Shown: piece after piece, positions 50,728 to 63,517 of the stretch
Position numbering within the stretch: the first letter of the stretch is position 1
Layout: each line of letters starts with the position of its first letter
Source of the DNA: Macrostomum lignano
Taxonomy: Eukaryota
Assembly (NCBI GenBank): GCA_002269645.1
Contig: NIVC01003528.1
Location: 28,777 to 92,776 of the forward strand
DNA length: 64,000 bases
Direction: 5' to 3'
Translations under genes and position numbers: made by a program
Notes under the pieces: generated by a model
What the model was told of the DNA's origin: nothing
What the model saw: the letters and a program-made list of their open reading frames with translations, nothing else
Databases searched by the model: none

Positions 50728-52928
50728 TCAAGAATCAGCAGTTGCAGACGAAGACGTCAAAGGCAAACTCTGTTTAAACTTTATCAACCGTTTGTGCACT
50801 TCATCGGAGCCCAGATGGTGGAAAATCTCGCGCACTGATGGCCCCTCAGATTGGCCTGTCATTAGCAGCCTGGCCGCTTTGAAATGCAACGGCGAAGGCT
50901 TCTTAACTGAGCCAGTCGGCAAGGATGATGACGTCATGCTTGACAGTAGATCCATAGCGGACAATGCTAGACTGTCAGCGGTGCAGTGTGCTGCAGCAGA
51001 CTCTGATAAGAGTTGAGCCAGGCCTTGCCACACTGCACTATCATCGGGAGCTCGAAATAGGTAACTATGCGAGTCCACATCGAATAGAGTTGCTAGGCGA
51101 CCGCGTAGGGTTGCTAGGCATCTGTGCAGTTCGGCGTCGCTTGGAGAACTGTTTAATTTATGGGGAATTAATTAGGGTGAATTAGAGTAGTTATTAAAAA
51201 ATGCCACATGTGAGATTCTAGCGCCAATAAATACCCGAAAGTGAGTTTAAAGCTCCAATTTATCACCACAGGTGAGATTCTGGCGCCAATTTAGCGCCCC
51301 AGGTGAGATTCTAGCGCCAATTCAGCGCCCCAGGTGAGATTCTAGCGCTAATTTAGCGCCGTAGATGAGAGTTTAGTGACAATTAAGCGCCGCAAGTGAG
51401 ATTCTAGCGCTAATTTAGCGCCGCAGGTGAGATTCTGGCGCCAATTTAGCACCGCAAGTGAGATTTCAACGCCAATTCAGCGCCCCAGGTGAGATTCTAG
51501 CGCCAATTTAGCGCCCCAGGTGAGATTCTAGCGCCAATTTAGCACCCCAGGTGAGATTCTAGCGGCAATTTAGCGCCGTAGATGAGAGTTTAGTGACAAT
51601 TAAGCGCCGCAAGTGAGATTCTAGCGCTAATTTAGCGCCGCAGGTGAGATTCTAGCGCCAATTCAGCGCCCCAGATGAGATTCTAGCGCCAATTGAGCGC
51701 CGCAGATAAGATTATAGCGCCAATTTAGCGCCTTACGTGGTATTTCAGCGCCAATTTAGCACTGCAAGTGAGAGTTTAGCGCCAAATTTAGCAGAAACAC
51801 ATGACTAACCCTTCAATCCCATCAGCCAGAGCCAGCCGGTCTCTAACAGCTTGGATAGCAGCTGTGGATGCTAATTCCGGAGTTAGCGAACGCAGCCCGG
51901 CAGATCGCAGAGCGGCAGGATCCAACCGGGCATCCCGACTAGCCAGACACTGCTCAGTGAGCTCGATTGCGCTGCAGAACTCTGACAGCGTTTTGGCTGG
52001 CGACTGCTGTGTCTGAATAGCGGCGGATTAGTGCTAGATATACATGCAGATAGGCTACCCTTCGATAATTCGCCTCCTTATTAGACCCTTCGATAATCCG
52101 CCTGACCCTTTGATAATTCGCCTGACCCTTAGATAATCCGCCTCCTTATTAGACCCTTCGATAATCCGCCTGACCCTTCGATAATCAGCAGCCCATTCTG
52201 GCACTTCGATAATCCGTCCACTCTGAACCTTCGATAATCCAACCACTCTGACCCTTCGATAATCCGCCTGACCCTTCGATAATCAGCAGCCCATTCTGGC
52301 ACTTCGATAATCCGTCCACTCTGAACCTTCGATAATCCAACCACTCTGACCCTTCGATAATCCGCCCCCATTCTGACCCTTCGATAATCCATCCCCCCTC
52401 TGGCCCTTCGATAATCCATTCACTCTGACTCTTCGAATAATCCGCTCTCTGGCCCTTTGATAATACATTCACTCTGACTCTTCGAATAATCCGCTCTCTC
52501 TGACCCGTCGATAATCCGCTCTCTCTGACACTTCGATAATCCACCTCTTTGACCCTTTGATAATCCACTTACTCAGACCCTTCGATAATCCACTCACTCA
52601 GACACTTCGATAATGCGCCCCTTTGACCCTTTGAAAATCCGCCCATTTGATTTTACCCTTCGATAAGCCGCTCATTTGCCTTTTGATAATCCGCCTTTTT
52701 GACACTTCGATAATGAGCCCTCATTTGACCCCTCGATAATCCGCCCAATTTGACCCTTCGATAATCCACCCACTCAGTTACCAGTTCCTGCTCAGCAGAC
52801 GACTCTCCAATCCGCCGTCCAGTCCAAGTGGCCGACACCAGCCAATCAATAACAGCCTCAGGCAGGTAGCCGAGAGCGCGCAGCTCGCGAATCTCCGTAG
52901 CAACCGCCGGTCCGTCTTTGCCGCTACT

Positions 52929-52961
<33 letters not shown>

Positions 52962-55900
52962 CTTCCGTTTAGACAGCTTGGCACCGTCTCGCCAGTCTAA
53001 CAACAGCGGTAGATGAGCGAACAGCAACGACGACGGCGGCGGCGGCGCGTCAGTGTTCGACGGCAGCACAGAGTCGAGCGCGGCTCGCAGTAGCACATGC
53101 TTCGGCGCCGATGGCAGCCATTCCCGGCCGCGGATGACGTGAGTAACGCCAGAGCATCGGTCGTCGAACACGCTGGCAAGATGGTACACTGGCCAGCCGT
53201 CAGACTTCAATAGCACAGGATCGGCTTCCATGCCGGTTAGGGGGAAGCTTAGATCGCCTAGCAGGAGGTCGCGGACTCGAATCGTTGATGGCGATGTTGA
53301 TGATGAGGATGACAATGATGACGGAAGTAGACGAGCAGCTGCGGCGCGCATGTTAAAGCGAATCACTGGTGAGCGCTCACCTGATGAGGCAAAAAGTGTT
53401 CAGTCGGACACGGGCTGCCAGTCTAGCTCACAGATAGTAGAATAACCAGATTGGCCAGTCAGTACATTTGCGTGTAAGCTACTGTCAGTTCAGTAGTAAG
53501 TTAAACTGAAGCAGTTTGATGTATTTTTAGAGCCAAGGCTCATTTATAGGTTCTTAACCCCAGCTTAAACCCTTCAACCGCGCCTTTCCACACTACCCCC
53601 CTCCGCCCCGCCCCAAAGCACCTGCAAGCTTTGCTTGGGCTTCAAAACTTATTTAAGTCATTTCAGCTGCCTTTATTTTTATAAAATAGCTTCTGTATCT
53701 TCTTTGCTACCGAACTGACAGTAGAAAGCTGTTTTACTAAGCATATATGCCTGAGTGGCCCAGCTAATTATTCTATACATATTAGGTAATTGCAGGAGGG
53801 GCATTGAGGCAATTCTACCCAATCCGCTGACTCCCTGGGCACATACAAGCTACCGGTAAGCCACTGTACGCGGGCACGCACTCATACACAGGCTTACATA
53901 GGGTGTACAGCGGGTCTTTGATTTCTAATTTCTCGAGCACACAATCCCGAAATGAAAGTGGCCGCGCACGGAATCAAATCAGCTGTTCTGCTTTTTCGAA
54001 GATCTTCAAAGACTGTTGCCAATGCTTAATAAATTCTTCTGTTTTTGTGCTTTCGCAATTGATGCGACAGAGAGGCGACTGTTGCGTCACAAGTGCGTCA
54101 CGTGAGTTGTTGAATCAGAGTCGCGAAAGAGTCGTCCCAAGAATCGTTGGCGCTATTGAGTCACTGAGTTGTGTCTGAATGTGATAGAGTCGCTATTGAG
54201 TCAATGAGTTGTGTCTGAATGTGATAGAGTCGCTATTGAGTCAATGAGTTGTGTCTGAATGTGATGGAGTCGCTATTGAGTCACTGAGTTGTGTCTGAAT
54301 GTGATAGAGTCGCTATTGAGTCACTGAGTTGTGTCTGAATGTGATAGAGTCGCTATTGAGTCACTGAGTTGTGTCTGAATGTGATAGAGTCGCTATTGAG
54401 TCACTGAGTTGTGTCTGAATGTGATAGAGTCTCTATTGAGTCACTGAGTTGTGTCTGAATGTGATAGAATCGCTATTGAGTCACTGAGTTGTGTCTGAAT
54501 GTGATAGAGTCGCTATTGAGTCACTGAGTTGTGTCTGAATGTGATAGAGTCGCTATTGAGTCACTGAGTTGTGTCTGAATGTGATAGAGTCGCTATTGAG
54601 TCACTGAGTTGTGTCTGAATGTGATAGAGTCGCTATTGAGTCACTGAGTTGTGTCTGAAGGTGATGGAGTCGCTATTGAGTCACTGAGTTGTGTCTGAAT
54701 GTGATGGAGTCGCTATTGAGTCACTGAGTTGTGTCTGAATGTGATAGAGACGCTATTGAGTCACTGAGTTGTGTCTGAATGTGATAGAGTCGCTATTGAG
54801 TCACTGAGTTGTGTCTGAATGTGATGGAGTCGCTATTGAGTCACTGAGTTGTGTCTGAATGTGATAGAGTCGCTATTGAGTCACTGAGTTGTGTCTGAAT
54901 GTGATAGAGTCGCTATTGAGTCACTGAGTTGTGTCTGAATGTGATAGAGACGCTATTGAGTCACTGAGTTGTGTCTGAATGTGATAGAGTCTCTATTGAG
55001 TCACTGAGTTGTGTCTGAATGTGATAGAGTCGCTATTGAGTCACTGAGTTGTGTCTGAATGTGATGGAGTCGCTATTGAGTCACTGAGTTGTGTCTGAAT
55101 GTGATAGAGTCGCTATTGAGTCACTGAGTTGTGTCTGAATGTGATAGAGTCGCTATTGAGTCACTGAGTTGTGTCTGAATGTGATAGAGACGCTATTGAG
55201 TCACTGAGTTGTGTCTGAATGTGATAGAGTCGCTATTGAGTCACTGAGTTGTGTCTGAAGCGCATTTGAGTCGCTTGATAAATTAGAGTCACAGCGGCGT
55301 TTCAGCGGCATTCTCCAGTCGCTAAAGCGCTTAAGCCACTGTAGCGCTTTGTATACGTTACAGAGTCAGAGAGTCAGAGTCAGAGAGAGTCAGAGAGAGA
55401 GAGAGAGAGAGAGTCAGAGAGTTCTATCCAGATGTCCCCCATCGGGGGGCAAAGATTGCTAGTTTACGATTCTACAACTCAAGTGACGGGCTTGTCACGC
55501 AGCAGTCGCCTCTACCGTCGTATCAAGACACATCTGAATCGTAATTAAGTCACAGGAGTCTCCCCAGAGTCACTAGAAAGTCGTTTGCAATGACTTTTCA
55601 GAAATTCTTGTCACTGTAACATTTTCAACGAGGTGTTACAGATGATTAAATTGTCAACTGACCAGCCGCCATCAGCTGCTGTCGCTCGTCAGCCGTCAAC
55701 AATCGGCATTTGCCATCGTAGCCGGGCGTCTGCCCGGCGGCCCGTTGGTGCCGACGCAAGAGCTCCAGCCGGTGCTCGGAGCAGAAGCACGGATAGGCCA
55801 GGCCGCTATCCACTAGCCTAGCAGCGGCGTCTCTGTATTTGTCCAGCCTGTTAGACTGAACCGGCACTGAGTCTGCATTGTCCGGCCTCAGTCCTAGCCA

Positions 55901-56173
55901 ATCCAATGACTCTAATATATCGCTAGCAGCTTCCGGTTTGCAACGCTTAGCATCCGTATCCTCTAGGCGTAATAGAAACCGGCCGTTGCTATGCCGTTTG
56001 GCGAAGGCAAAATTTACTAGAGCTGTACGAGCTCCGCCAACGTGCATGCGACCGGTGGGTGAAGGTGCAAAACGAACCACTACGGGCTGAGGCTCGCGGC
56101 AGCCGCCGCCTCCGCTGCTTGAGCAGAGCCGCAGGCGGCTGATGTGGCCAATAATTCCAGTAGATTTTCGCAT
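50728..56173 (-). CDS. EARS2: Mitochondrial glutamyl-tRNA synthetase, 4 exons, 574 aa
   Basis: Exons 56173-55663, 53380-52782, 52012-51810 and 51139-50728 (1725 nt, in frame). Motifs VRFAPSPTG-HVGG (HIGH), LRLEDTD, AYPCFC, HVIRGREW and KLSKR (KMSKS), with a basic N-terminal targeting-like peptide. Confidence 0.93.
51260..51790. repeat. 31-bp minisatellite GGTGAGATTCTAGCGCCAATTTAGCGCCCCA
   Basis: EARS2 intron 3. Confidence 0.92.
52050..52775. repeat. ~21-bp minisatellite GACCCTTCGATAATCCGCCT
   Basis: EARS2 intron 2, running up to the donor site. Confidence 0.92.
53438..53775. mobile_element. MITE copy 2 (same family as 39655-40074)
   Basis: Same termini and internal inverted repeat (ctactgtcagttcagtag and ctaccgaactgacagtag). 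Confidence 0.75.
54150..55262. repeat. 40-bp minisatellite GAGTCGCTATTGAGTCACTGAGTTGTGTCTGAATGTGATA
   Basis: About 27 near-identical head-to-tail copies with no spacers, in EARS2 intron 1. Confidence 0.97.
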
Positions 56174-56309
56174 GCAAGATATTTAGGAAAACTATAATTT
56201 AATGCATGGTTGCTAGTGCTTTAACTAATGACTTATGAAATGGCTTATTAGGACTAGAGCTGAATAGTACTACAGAGAGGGAGAGAGTGATACCCCAGAG
56301 GACTGAATG

Positions 56310-56990
56310 AGTCATAGAGTGGTGTCAGACCATTGAATGAGTCATAGAGGAAAGAATGACAGACTACTGAATGAGTCATAGAGAGAGGAATGACAGACTA
56401 CTGAATGAGTCATAGAGGGAGGAATGACAGACTACTGAATGAGTCATAGAGAGAGGAATGACAGACTACTGAATGGGTCATAGAGAGAGAGGAAGGACAG
56501 ACTACTGAATGGGTCATAGAGAGAGGAATGACAGACTACTGAATGAGTCATAGAGAGAGGAATGACAGACTACTGAATGGGTCATAGAGAGAGGAAGGAC
56601 AGACTACTGAATGGGTCATAGAGAGAGGAAGGACAGACTACTGAATGGGTCATAGAGAGAGGAATGACAGACTACTGAATGAGTCATAGAGAGGAATGAC
56701 AGACTACTGAATGAGTCATAGAGAGAGGAATGACAGACTACTGAATGAGTCATAGAGGGAGGAATGACAGACTACTGAATGAGTCATAGACAGACTACTG
56801 AATAAGTCATAGAGGGAGGAATGACAGACTACTGAATGAGTCATAGAGAGAGGAACGACAGACTACTGAATGAGTCATAGAGGGAGGAATGACAGACTAC
56901 TGAATGAGTCATAGAGAGAGAACGACAGACTACTGACAGACTACTGAATGAGTCATAGAGGGAGGAATGACAGACTACTGAATGAGTAAT
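56310..56990. repeat. ~34-bp minisatellite GACAGACTACTGAATGAGTCATAGAGAGAGGAAT
   Basis: About 20 copies between UBE2S and EARS2. Confidence 0.95.
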
Positions 56991-57696
56991 AGAACTGTTT
57001 TAAACTACTAAAATACGAGTATCTATGCACAGACTGGTCATAAATTGTATTAAACTACAGTAATATAAATTAAACCAGTCAGTAAGTAGTTCGTTAAAAT
57101 ACGTGCTACAGTTTATTACATTTTAAACAAATATTGGTTGAGTCATTAATTGCGAATGTTGTGGAAAACAAATATTAGCTGTTGTCATAAAAAATACCGG
57201 TCAATTATTGGCATTTGCTCGTGCAGCAAGGGATGTAAAAAATGAGAAAAATCAATTTCATACTAGCATTACTTTCAATTGGTCAAGTACAAAATGAGTT
57301 GTTGGAATAAAATAAGACGCCACTCAGTTGAGTTAACAAATAGCATTATTAATTTTTGTGCACTGTGTGCTACAATTGGCATAGCCGCAACTTAATTGTT
57401 ATTAAATAGATAGGTAAACGCAATAATAAAATGAAATAAATTAGAATACATACCGAAGACTTTTAGTTAGCAGAATGTAAAAAAATTAATAAAAGCATCG
57501 GCCGTGTACAAGTATAGGCTATTGACGTTTATTACTGTATTAAAACAATGATACAAAATGTACACACACTTGATGAAAGTAAATCACACTACTAATAGTA
57601 ACAGGTCATTTTAAGCAACGAGGACCATTTAGATATTTAAAGTTAATAAAAGCGGTTCATTTATTCTCAGCTGAACGCTTAAGCGACCGCACCGCA

Positions 57697-59079
57697 TCAC
57701 AAACGTTTCAGCGCCTTTTTAGTCTTGCTTTTAGCTGCATTGGCTCCGGCTGCGGTTCCAGTTGATGAGGCTGACGCTGCAGAGGGCTTCTTTGAGCTGT
57801 CGCTGCCAGATCCGTTCTCGTTGGAATCCTTCAGGCTGGACGGCGGTTTGGGATTTGAGATGGATTTTTAAGCTGGTGACTTAAATTTTGGATTTGGGAT
57901 TAAGGTTTGGGATTTGAGATGGATTCTTAAGCTGCTGACTTAGATTTGAGATTTTGGGATTAAGGTTTGGGATTTGAGATGGATTTTTAAGCTGGTGACT
58001 TAGATTTTGGATTTTGGGATTAATGTTTTGGATTTGAGATGGATTTTTAAGCTGGTGACTTAGATTTGGGATTTTGGAGTTTGGGGTTAGGTTTAGGATT
58101 TGAGGATTATGCTAGGGATTTGGGGTTAGGTTTGGGATTTGCGGATTAGATTTGGGAGTTCAGGATTATGCTATGGATTTGAAGATCAGGTCTGGGATTT
58201 GGAGATTAGGCTTGGGATTTAGGGATTAGGTTTGGGATTTGTGGATTAGATTTGGGATTTGGGATTAAGGTTTGGGATTTGAGATGGCTTTTTTAAGCTG
58301 GTGACTTATATTTGGGATTTTGGGATTTGGGGTTAGGTTTGGGATTTGAGGATTACGCTAGGGATTTGGAGATTAGGTTTGAAATTTGAGAATTCGTTTT
58401 GGGATTTGATGATTATGCTAGGGATTTGGGGTTAAGTTTGGGATTTGGGAGTATGTTTGGGATTTGAGGATTAGATTTGGGATTTGAGGATTATGCTATG
58501 GATTTGGAGATTAGGTTTGGGATTTGGGAAATATGCTTAGACTTAAAATCATAACTGAATAGACTATGATGATTACTTAAACTCACATAGCAGCAGAGTC
58601 GCCGCCTTCTGTACACTTTAACGCGTGAATCTCCGTGTAGAGTCGAGCCCGAGCAAAGTACTCAGAGTACTCTTCTAGCAAAAGTCGGCCAGCATCTTCA
58701 TTTAAGGCTGACTCGGGATTAGGCACAATGAGCAGGCATTTAATCACTAGGAGAAGCTTCTTAAGCCCGGTGTCCGGTGTCCAATCCCGTTTGAGCGTGT
58801 TAACACAGATCTCCCCAGTCTGAGGTGCAATATTCGGATGAAATATCTTAGTGATAAAGTAGCCCTTCGGCGGCTCATTAGGATAGTTGGAACCCAGATG
58901 CAGCTTGATGTGAAAACTGCCGCCAGCGTAGGGTGTGTCAACAGGACCATCAATATAGGCCTGGATGTCTGCGAGGTTGGATTCATTGAACACAATTCTA
59001 ATGCCTTCTGGTGATGAAGCAGCAGTTCCTTCACTTCCTTTGACAGCTGCCTCACCACCGATGGCTGACAGTTTTCCAT
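57697..59079 (-). CDS. UBE2S: Ubiquitin-conjugating enzyme E2 S, with an apparent 1-nt frameshift near codon 19
   Basis: Exons 59079-58587 and 57835-57697 total 632 nt, one short of a multiple of 3. Motifs [19 protein letters not shown] and [14 protein letters not shown], with the diagnostic basic tail KTKKALKRL. Confidence 0.9.
57845..58530. repeat. Degenerate G/T-rich repeat (TTTGGGATTTGAGATGGATT...) in the UBE2S intron
   Basis: Composite GGGATTT-based units fill intron 57836-58586. Confidence 0.9.
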
Positions 59080-59294
59080 TCCTTACTAATAAATAAGGTC
59101 AAAGGCAGCAATGTAATGTTATTGCAATACTTTAATAGCATAATTAGTTATAATTAATCAGAACTTATTTAACCTCTGGATTATCCAGCAACACTTCATG
59201 TATTTTTCATTAACTGACTATATTTTAAAAAGCTATTAAAATATTTCATTTACTAAAGAATCTAAAATAGCTAAGCCTTTTTTTATTAGTGCAG

Positions 59295-59635
59295 GGAGGT
59301 TGTGTGCACCCTGGCACACTTTAAGCGACATTGGCACACAACCGCGCGAGAGCATTACTGCCCATTCCGCCAACTCCCCTGAGCAGGCATACAAGCGCGC
59401 GATACGTACGCAGCACAAACTCACACAGGAGTGTACAGCAGCCCTGACTTTATATTATCATTACGTATGTACACTTCATTGCGCCTTGGGGGGTTGGCTC
59501 TCAAGGCCATTAATTGCATAAGCAGAGCCAAGCCAAGATTCCATTTTAGCCCCAAATTAATGTGACTGCACTTGGAATCGAGCCTGGGTCTCTGGCACAC
59601 TAGAGCAGCTGCGCTACCGCTGGGCTATGGCCCCC
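59295..59635 (-). mobile_element. tRNA-derived SINE family B, second copy
   Basis: Collinear with 50100-50452 and carries the same A/B-box head. Confidence 0.8.
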
Positions 59636-60008
59636 CATTAGCTAAGCCTAACAATTGAATATTTATAATAATCAACTCAACTAAGCCAAGGGCCACATGA
59701 CATGAGTTAGTGCCTCATGGCCAAGCCAACTTATTTTTATTGGGTTTATTAAATTGATATTAACATAGAAATGACGAAGTAAACATAAAATTATTAGCAC
59801 TATAAAGTTTATATTACTAATGTCTATAGATCTGACAATGCCAAACATAATAAAACTATTTGACAATGAAAGGTGCATACTGTATAGGCCAAATCTTGAA
59901 TATTAAAAAAGCTAATACCAAATAAAATTGCTTCTGATATTTCCTACCACATATTATAAATACAATTCTTGTCTATTTTCAATATCAGAGCTTTGAAATA
60001 TGAGCATG

Positions 60009-61902
60009 CGGGGTGATTCAAAAGTAACAAGAATTTTTGTTATAACTTTTGAACAGATGAACTTATCAACTTGAAGTTTTCACACAACAATTTTTCAAAT
60101 ATTCATGAAATACATAGCTTCAGTTTCAGCTCTATAAGCCAATTCAAAACAAGTAGTATCCTGCGTAAAAGTCTGAACTTAGAGATAAAAAAATTATGTA
60201 TCTTGTCTATGGTCTGGAGACTATAAAAAATTCTTGAATTTTAAAGCTGGCTCTTAGTGCTGGCTCCTTCTTCCATTATTTATAGACAAAGCTGATTTGA
60301 TTTTTGTTTTTAAACTGCAGTGTCATGCCAATTTGCAAATGTTTAGCTCAGTGACTGGACTAATCAAAGTGCCTTAAAGTTACAAGTGAGAGCATCCAAA
60401 AGATCACACAGAAATTAGATCAAAGGATAGGCCAATGACATTTTATTGCCAGTCTGGTCTAACTTGGAAAGAGGCTATACAAAACCACTTGGGACCTAAA
60501 CCAACCCTTTGGAGATCACTGCATGGGTTTATGCTCACTGCAAGGCATTCTACAAGGGGGCAATAGGATGTGGTGATGCACCAAAGTTTGGTCCTCACTG
60601 CATGGTCAACAGGCAATAAAAGCAAGGAAATTGCCTATGATTATCTTTGCACCAATTCATTTATTACAATGCATAAAATTAAGGTTTGTTACCTTTCCAT
60701 CACTTCTATGAGCCACATCTTCAAGGTCAAGGAGATCAATTGGTCTATGCTAAGTGGGTGCTGCATGAGTTGACCCTGGAGCAAAAAGGTAGCAAGTTCA
60801 ATGTGCTATGGAAAACTTGTGGGTGTGCAACAAGTTAGTGATGAAGAGCTTAAACAACTTTTATCATCATGGATAAGATGCAGCTGCCAATGTTCAAACC
60901 CACTCACTAAGCAACAGTCAATGCAGTGGGGCCTAGGGGCTATCAGGGGCGTAGCCAGGAATTTCCTACGGGGGGATACACCAAGGTGAATTTCCTACGG
61001 GGGGATACACCAAGGTAAAAGTGCTCACATGGTAGCATGTATAGCGAAAAAAGTGCAACAAAAAAGTTTTGGTCAGGCTCTTCTTCGGGGGGGGGGGATA
61101 CATCCCCCCTGATCCCCCCCTCCCTATGCCACTGGGGCTATCAGCCATACACAAAGCCAATGAAGTTGCTTGGACGTGCAACATCATGTGCACTATGTGG
61201 TTTGATGCCTGTGGTATTCTGATAGTCAACTATCTGCCAGAAAAGACTATCAATTCCACTTACTTGCAAGATCAGCTTGTTTGCACAAGGTCTTCAAATT
61301 TTAACAAGGAGTTTAACAAGGAAGCGCCACATTATACATGCTAGGACTTTCATCCTATGGGACAATGTTCACCCTCATATTGCTGCAGCCACCATAAAGA
61401 AAGTGGAAGAGCTTGGCTTTTAGCTGCTCAATTATCCGCTTATTTACCAAGACCTCCCCATTGCTAACTTTCACTTGTGAATGAAGAAGCCTATGCAAAG
61501 GTTGTGCCTTCACCAGTCATGAGAAACTTGTAGTGGAGGCCAACAAATATTTTTATTTCTGCCTATGAGCTTCTGGGAAGAGAATGTTGACAAGCAGCTA
61601 TATTGTATAAGAAATATATTTAGCTCAATGACAGCTTTGTGAACATTTTGAAATTGTTAAAAATAGATGGAGCACTAGTTTTTTTACACAGTAAACATGT
61701 TTAACTTATTCACTTTTCTATAAACAAAAAAATTATAGTTGTTTATCTTGAGGTTTAGATTTTCACACAGGATGCTACTGTTGAGTATTGGCTATAGAGC
61801 CAGAACTAAAGCAGTATGTTACATGAATATTAGAAAAATTATTGCATGAATTTTCAAGTTGATAAGTTATAACAAAATTCTTGTTAATTTTGAAACACTT
61901 CT
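60009..61902 (+). mobile_element. Old, degenerate mariner-like element with long (~200 bp) TIRs
   Basis: cggggtgattcaaaagtaacaagaatttttgttataac is the inverse of gttataacaaaattcttgttaattttgaaacacttct|ta. Remnants FILWDNVHPH and QDLPIANFHL resemble HDNARPH and YSPDLAPSDFHL. Confidence 0.75.
60945..61133. mobile_element. Small non-autonomous element inserted in the mariner
   Basis: Ends AGGGGCGTAG and CTATGCCACT (imperfect TIR), flanked by the direct repeat GGGGCTATC (60936-60944 and 61134-61142). It has an internal ~29-bp duplication. Confidence 0.75.
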
Positions 61903-62025
61903 TATATATTAAAATCAAAGCCATATACATAGAGTACTACACTACACCCCTATTGGAATAAATGTTGAAAACCCATGACATGCACTTTAGAATAGTCAAA
62001 TTATTGTACTATGCTTTAGCATTAT

Positions 62026-62859
62026 TAGAGATGTTCTAAAGGAGGCATTTTCTATTGAAATTGAAATTTGATAACTTTCCAAAATCAAAATTGATATTTT
62101 CTGCCTTTCTGTAATCAAAATTTAGAAAAACAAACTTTAGTACAATGAAACTTGGCGCACCAAGGGAGCCGACAAGATGGTGATCATCGCATGCTACAAC
62201 AGCTTTGGCATTATTCTCATCCACTGCATTCCTGAGGGCCAAAACATCAACCAACAATACTACCAGAGCTTCATTATTCACCATCTTTGGCCTGCCTTAT
62301 GCAAAAAGTGGCCACAGACCCTGGAACTTGGTCCACTCCTTCTGCACGACAATGCCAGTTTGCACACAGCCTGCATTGCTGCAGGACCTACTGCGGGACT
62401 ACCAGTGGAGGTGCTGCCTCATCCTCCTTACTCCCTAGACCTCAAGTCCCTACAATTTTGACCTTTTTCCGAAGCTTAAGAACCAGCTCCGAGGGCATCA
62501 TTTCCATTGCCTGGATGACCTGTTCAGCAAGGTCGGCCATATTGCAAAAGACCTATCGAATCCAGCGCTGCTGATAGCGTTCAGAAGTTGCCTGGCTGCT
62601 AAGAGCGCACAATTCAAGTCAATAGAAGTTATTTTGAAGGTTTTTGACATGTTCATTTTCTGACACTCGTTTGTTGAAATTAGTAGGTGTTTGCTGAAAC
62701 TTTTGGGATGACCCTCGTATATGTAACAGAAATTAGTTTATTTTTGCCACTTTTTAGACACGACAAAAATTTTGACTTTTAAATATTTTGAAATTGTAAT
62801 TCACTCATAAAAGTTCCAAATTTAAGAAAATCAGAATCAAAAATCTTGGAACATCTCTA
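62026..62859. mobile_element. hAT-like non-autonomous element carrying a mariner fragment
   Basis: TIR TAGAGATGTTC and GAACATCTCTA with a perfect 8-bp TSD AGCATTAT (62018-62025 and 62860-62867). Confidence 0.8.
62142..62717 (+). mobile_element. 5'-truncated mariner fragment nested in the hAT-like element
   Basis: Remnants LLLHDNA and VLPHPPYSLDL, with a mariner-type 3' end ...GGGATGACCCTCG|TA. Confidence 0.8.
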
Positions 62860-63517
62860 AGCATTATAAATGACAAGTGTATACGCCTTTCCACAGAGGT
62901 ATTATTAGGCGCTTTCCATGTATGTTTGTTTGCTAGAGCAGCTGCCAGAAGGAAGAGGCAATGTTTTATAACTTTTTCCTATAGAGCACATACAAACATT
63001 AAAGAATAATAAAAAAGATTTCTAGAATTCTGAGACTAGGATTTTATAAAAAAAACTAGCAGCATTATGGACAAGCATACAAAACAAACAAACCTTAGAC
63101 TTAAGATTTAGTATATTTAGATTATAGAAAAACTGATAAAAGTTGCCTATACTAGGCCTAAAAATTTAAAGTGCCTAAAACTTTCATTAAGGGAAAACCT
63201 GCATGAAAAATTTGTTCCATTTTCTATTACAAAACCACTGAAAAGATTATATCTTTGATCATTGAAATAGTTTGCTATAGGCCTAGTAATGCAATATTAA
63301 TTTAAATATTGTACACTTTAACTTTAGTTAAGTAGGCCTAGGCCTATAATTAATACATTTTAAAGCATGAATGTGATTAAATCTAATTTATCTTAATTAG
63401 AGGGCCTAGCCTGGTTTTTGTAGAAACAAATGCAAAATTGTACCTTGAATGTCATTCAAGTGCAACTTTAAGGCTCAGAGTGCACTTTCTCTGATTTTAG
63501 AAAATTAGGAATAGGGC

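Noticed and set aside
54150-55262. 40-bp direct repeats resembling a CRISPR array
   Set aside because: The repeats are head-to-tail with no unique spacers, there are no cas genes, and the context is a eukaryotic intron.
57845-58530. Interstitial telomeric repeat
   Set aside because: The units are GGGATTT-based composites with only sporadic GGGTTAG, not (TTAGGG)n.
59005-59035. Programmed ribosomal frameshift in UBE2S
   Set aside because: There is no X XXY YYZ slippery site or obvious downstream structure. An indel error or null allele is simpler.
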